Positions 59,491 through 64,000 of a stretch of 64,000 nucleotides of DNA are shown here, piece after piece. Below the pieces are notes generated by a model that saw only the letters and a program-made list of their open reading frames with translations, was not told the DNA's origin and did no database searches. This DNA comes from Psammoneis japonica (taxonomy: Eukaryota): positions 186,001 to 250,000 of the forward strand of contig QPGO01000089.1 of the NCBI GenBank assembly GCA_008632985.1, written 5' to 3'. How positions within the stretch are numbered: the stretch's first letter is position 1; each line of letters begins with the position of its first letter. The translations under genes were made by a program, and so were the position numbers.

Positions 59491-60639
59491 ATGGAATTTT
59501 TGCCACTATTGCTTCAAGATTATTGTTCTCGACTTCTACGAAATGATGCATCGCTTGTGGAACTCAATTTGAAATGTGCTGGCATGAACAATCACGACGA
59601 GTACTTTCGAGTGGTGGTTGAGAGGTTGAAAGACAGTTGCACTGTTGTAGCGTTGGACTTGTTTGGCAATTCTCTCGGAACCAGCATTGACTCGATGCGT
59701 CTAGTCGGATCTCTTTTGCGAGTCAATCACAGTCTTCGTGTTGTGAATCTTGATAACAACAACATTGACGGCAACTCTTTCGACACACTTTGTCGGGGAT
59801 TGCGACACAACAGTTCCTTGATTGAATTGTCTTTGAACGATAACAATCTTGGAGCACGAGGTGGTGATGCTCTTGGTGAATTTCTGGCTTATAACTCTAC
59901 TATTCAAAAGATATCGTTGGATCGAAATCGACTAGGCGGAAACGGGGTGCTCGTAATATTCAGAGGGTTGATACAAGGAGGCAAGCATTCCGCTGTGCGG
60001 GAGTTGTCCCTATCCGGTAATAATATCATCGAGCAGGCTTCATTTGCCATGCCCATGTCTTCCTTGGCCACAACTTCTGTTTGTGATAAGGCCTTAAGGA
60101 CTGCAATTCGAGAACTCTTACGAACCAATCCCTCACTACAAGTTTTGAACCTGTCGAGTAACGGTCTTGGTGCCACCCATGGATTACCTGCAACGATAGC
60201 ACAAGCTCTTGGGGATAACGATAGCCTCGATGAACTTGATATGAGTGACAATGGATTGGATGACGCGGACGCGGCTAGTTTCACTGATGCTCTTGCTGTA
60301 AACCACACACTTCGAAAGCTGCATTTGGACGACAACCCCCTCATTGGAGTTCATGGAGTGACAAGCATGCTTCAGAGTGTACGTCGCTATAATTTGGACA
60401 TTGAGTTGATTCGTTTGTCAGATTGTGGTTGTAAACTAAATGAAAAAGCATACAAGGAAAAGGAAGGCGAGCTTCGATACTGGCTCGAAGCCAACCGAGC
60501 AGGTCGTTCTCACGTTTATCAGAATGCCGCAACACTCCCTTCCGCACTATGGCCGCTAGTTTTGGAACGTGTAAGAGACCAACCGGATGCCATGAACTGC
60601 TTTCTTCGCTCAAAACCGGAGCTAATGCTGACAAGATAA
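59491..60639 (+). CDS. RNI-like leucine-rich repeat protein (NLRC3-like LRRs)
   Basis: Repeated N.SL..L.L..N.I/LG units; C-terminal ANRAGR...LWPLVLER...FLRSKP. Confidence 0.9.
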   Translation: MEFLPLLLQDYCSRLLRNDASLVELNLKCAGMNNHDEYFRVVVERLKDSCTVVALDLFGNSLGTSIDSMRLVGSLLRVNHSLRVVNLDNNNIDGNSFDTLCRGLRHNSSLIELSLNDNNLGARGGDALGEFLAYNSTIQKISLDRNRLGGNGVLVIFRGLIQGGKHSAVRELSLSGNNIIEQASFAMPMSSLATTSVCDKALRTAIRELLRTNPSLQVLNLSSNGLGATHGLPATIAQALGDNDSLDELDMSDNGLDDADAASFTDALAVNHTLRKLHLDDNPLIGVHGVTSMLQSVRRYNLDIELIRLSDCGCKLNEKAYKEKEGELRYWLEANRAGRSHVYQNAATLPSALWPLVLERVRDQPDAMNCFLRSKPELMLTR

Positions 60640-60784
60640 ACAATGCGATCAGCTGCTTCCGGACGTCATACCTCATGTACATAACACTGCTAAATTTAAA
60701 ATAGAGATAATGCGTAACCTGCCACACTCTACCTTAACCCAGGTCACACTTGCACCCCCTTTACTTATGACCTGTCCTTTGCAT

Positions 60785-63700
60785 GACAAGCGCAGAGCAC
60801 GGACTCACAGATGATGGAGGTAGTCCATGCGCATTCCCCACAGCTTTGTACACAGTGCCTGACGCCTTCCATTCTCAAGAAGTTTCAGTTGAACTGGCAT
60901 TGAGGCCCACGCATGTCTGTCCACATCACAACTTGCTTCAGGTCAATGTCGTTGCATTTGAATTGGCTTTTGCAATGTTGAACAATCTCAAGAAGAGACA
61001 TGCATTGTGGAAGACAGGATGCCTCTTCTTCTCTTTCGATGTTTTTTCACCAAAGAAGGGCCAGACATCACTTCTTGTCCACACTGTTGTGACCAGTGCT
61101 GTGATTGTCCTCAGAGAGCAAACAACAACAAAGATGCAGAGGCTGGTGTGAGCATCCACAGAACAACTGCCAGTGTTGGTCAGGTGTGCTTGATGCACTC
61201 TCCAACTCTGGGTGGGACCTTGCACTGCTGGGCTGTGCATTTCTGCATGGCTTTTGGACTTTTGCAGCATCATTTTGCAGCACAATTGTTGGGCTGTCCA
61301 TTCAACAACTTTTGACATTTTTTCTGTGGGAATCTGCTGAAAACAACCCATGTGATGCAAAACACTCAAATCAAAATCTGAGTGTTTGTGCATCACAAAG
61401 CTGTTCTTGGTTGGCTTCTCTCAGTTTGCTTGTGAAAAAGAGAGAACTTGATTGACAGTTGTCTGATGAGGCGAGCTCAGTTGCAAATGCATTGGTCTGA
61501 AATGTGCCCAGTTGGGTGACAGCAAAGCCCATTTTGCACAAGGACAAAACTCATTGTGGAAGATGGATGGAATGCGCTCCAGCCCTGTGGGTGAGACTTT
61601 GTGCGACATTTGCCCACAGAATTCTGTGCATGAGCTGCCTCTGCACTTTGCACTTTGGCCAATGAACACATTTGTTTTTGACATTTTTAAATGAACAACC
61701 ACCAAGTTTGTGGCAAATCTGTGCCTGCTGTGAGCACTTGAAGTTTTTGGCAAGCTGCCTGTCCTGGGCACCTGCACAGCTGTTGAAAGAGAGTGGATCA
61801 CCCAACAACTGCACTGCACTGTGATTCAAAATTTTGCCTGAATCATGCAGAAATGACAAAAAGAACATCAACGCCACAGTTCAGCAGTGTGAGGTCCCAC
61901 CAGTCAATGCTGAGTGGTGCTGCCAAACTTTTGTCTCAGGGGAGCTCAAAGAAGCTTTGCACATGCAACATGGCCACGAACCATCTGACTTGCACTGGCA
62001 CTGCAATTGACACAGACTCAAGTTCTCTCTTCAGCATGCTCCTCAGTGTGAGCAGAAGGGTGACCTTGTCAACTCCTGATGTGACAAGATCCACAACAAA
62101 CTCAATGATCTGCTGTCCTTCCTGACATGCAAAATGCCTGCTGTCATCAACCCTGGTCACATCTCAGGAAGCCCAAGCTCCACAAGGCAGTTCAGCAGGT
62201 TGCCAAGTGCAGCTGCAGACTCAAACAAAGTTGTGAAAGAGATTGTGAGGTGCATCATGGGTGTGGAGATGTTCTTCTCATTTGTTGCTGGTGGAGTGAG
62301 GTGTTGGCTGTGATGCTGCTGTGTTTTGTGGATGTCAGAGAGTGGCCAACACTTCAATGCTGAGCCTTGCTTGCCCAAAACTCCAGAGCAAACTCTGGCA
62401 TCAGGGAGATCACACAAGGAACAGGAGTCATTTGAAAATGTTTTGTCATTGACAACAAATTTGTTTTCACAACAAAAAATGCAAAACTCTTGTGTGAGAA
62501 AATGTGGTGCACAACATCACACTGGAGAGTGGTTGGAGCCAACAACTTTGTGGGAACTCAGCTGAAATGTTGTCTGATCAAAGGCACTTTGATTTGCACA
62601 CTGAAGAACAACACCTTTGATCAGATGACATCAATTGACTGCCCAAGAATTTGACCTTCAAACAAGGACAGATGGGCAGACTGACAGCGGTCATTTTTGC
62701 TCTCCTGCACAAATTTGGCACAATGACTCTGAGAGCCATGATGACTCCTGTTGAAACAGAGAACAAACAACAAACCTGCTGGAGAGAGGAGGAGAAGAGT
62801 CAAGGAAGGCACCAGCACCCACACTCTTCAGTTTGAAAAAGACATTTTGGCACAAAAACAACAACTCTCACAACAGCCAGAGCTGCTTTCCTCTGCTTGT
62901 GTGGCTCTTGCACCCCCCCCAGCCATGTTCCAGCCATGAGTGCCAAACAAAAAAGTGAAAAAACGGACATTTTGTTGAGCCGATGCAGATTTCGTGTGGC
63001 TCATTTGTGGGTGCTTGAGTGTGCTAAAAAGACCCACCACCTGAGTGTGCCCAAACAGGCAGCTGCTCTTCATTTCTCATTCTCATTGAGTTGAGAAAGC
63101 ACCCCCTTGACACAAGGGTCATTGATCTAGAGTTGGAGTTTGCATTTGTTGTTTGTCAGCATGGTCTGACAAAACCAGCTGAAAGTTCACGTCATGAAAA
63201 CATGAGCTTGCCAAGATTCCAGGGATCCACAAATCTGATTCACAAAGAGTGCAGACACCATGTGCATCATGAAGGAAGTGATGAAATGTGGTGTCTTGCA
63301 TGCCAAAATGGACCTTTTGCATTCACAAGATTTTGCGCTGCTTTTTGCACCACAGAAAGTTGACACAAAACAGACCAGCAATGCACAGAAACAACCTGGC
63401 AAGCCAACTTAGATGAGGCTGATTTAACGGCACTGTTTTTGTGTTGAGCACTTTAAGATCAGGGGGGCAAGGTGGCCTGAGAAGAGGGTGTGCAAATTTT
63501 GCAGTTGAAAGTTGCTGAAATCTCAACAAGTTCATGGTCATTGACATGATCAAAAAAGAAATGGAGCCAACAAACTCAACCAGCAAAACATGATGGCTCT
63601 GATGGCATCATTTGCATTGCCACAAGGTGGAAAAAAGCAGCTGCTGCTGTGTGTGGTCATGTTCATTGCCAAGTCAGCTTCACTTTTGGGGCTTGCTTTT

Positions 63701-64000
63701 TACTGAAAAAACAGCTCTGATGTGTTCCAGCTGTGCATGAACAAAAAAATGCAAAAAATGGACATTTTTTCATGCAGACATGGGTTTCACATTGTTGCTG
63801 ACTTGAGAACAAACTTGCAAACCCAAAACTTTGTCTCTTGCACTTGCAGTTGCATCAAAAGCATCCCAGCACAAAGAGCCATGGATCTGGAGCTGAAATT
63901 AACACTTGCCCTTGTGTGACTTGACAAGCCAATTAAAAACCCATGTTGCAAAAAGATTGGCTCACCAAGATTCTGCATTGCTTTGGATCTGGTTTTGTGC
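60785..64000. other. TpA- and CpG-depleted block 7 (runs off the window)
   Basis: TA and CG nearly absent; remaining TA mostly in TTA/TAA. Confidence 0.88.

Overview
Eukaryotic genomic DNA, most likely a pennate diatom (inferred from short GT-AG introns, a bipartite plastid-targeting leader, and diatom-style LRR and carbamate kinase sequences). Intact or near-intact genes: plastid SDR, scramblase, small zinc-finger protein, Asp/Asn beta-hydroxylase, a 4-exon PPDK_N plus C-terminal His-swivel (rifampicin phosphotransferase-like) enzyme, dephospho-CoA kinase, a secreted mosaic protein, a Moco sulfurase-like PLP enzyme, a PI-PLC X-domain surface protein, coatomer beta, a His-rich membrane protein, a toxin-type R-S-ExE ADP-ribosyltransferase, a MEST-like hydrolase and an LRR protein. 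Many pseudogenes lie between them. The dominant unexplained signal is about seven sharply bounded blocks, roughly a third of the window, where TpA is almost erased (apparently converted to TpG/CpA) and CpG is often lost too. Gene and transposon-like relics in these blocks show Tyr->His/Cys, Val->Ala and Leu->Pro changes. A 114-bp tandem repeat at one block edge shows the TA/CA/TG differences directly, and surviving TAs are mostly in TAA/TTA context. This looks like a targeted A->G (TpA) hypermutation process, a mirror image of fungal RIP; the mechanism is inferred, not shown. All assignments are by eye, without database searches.
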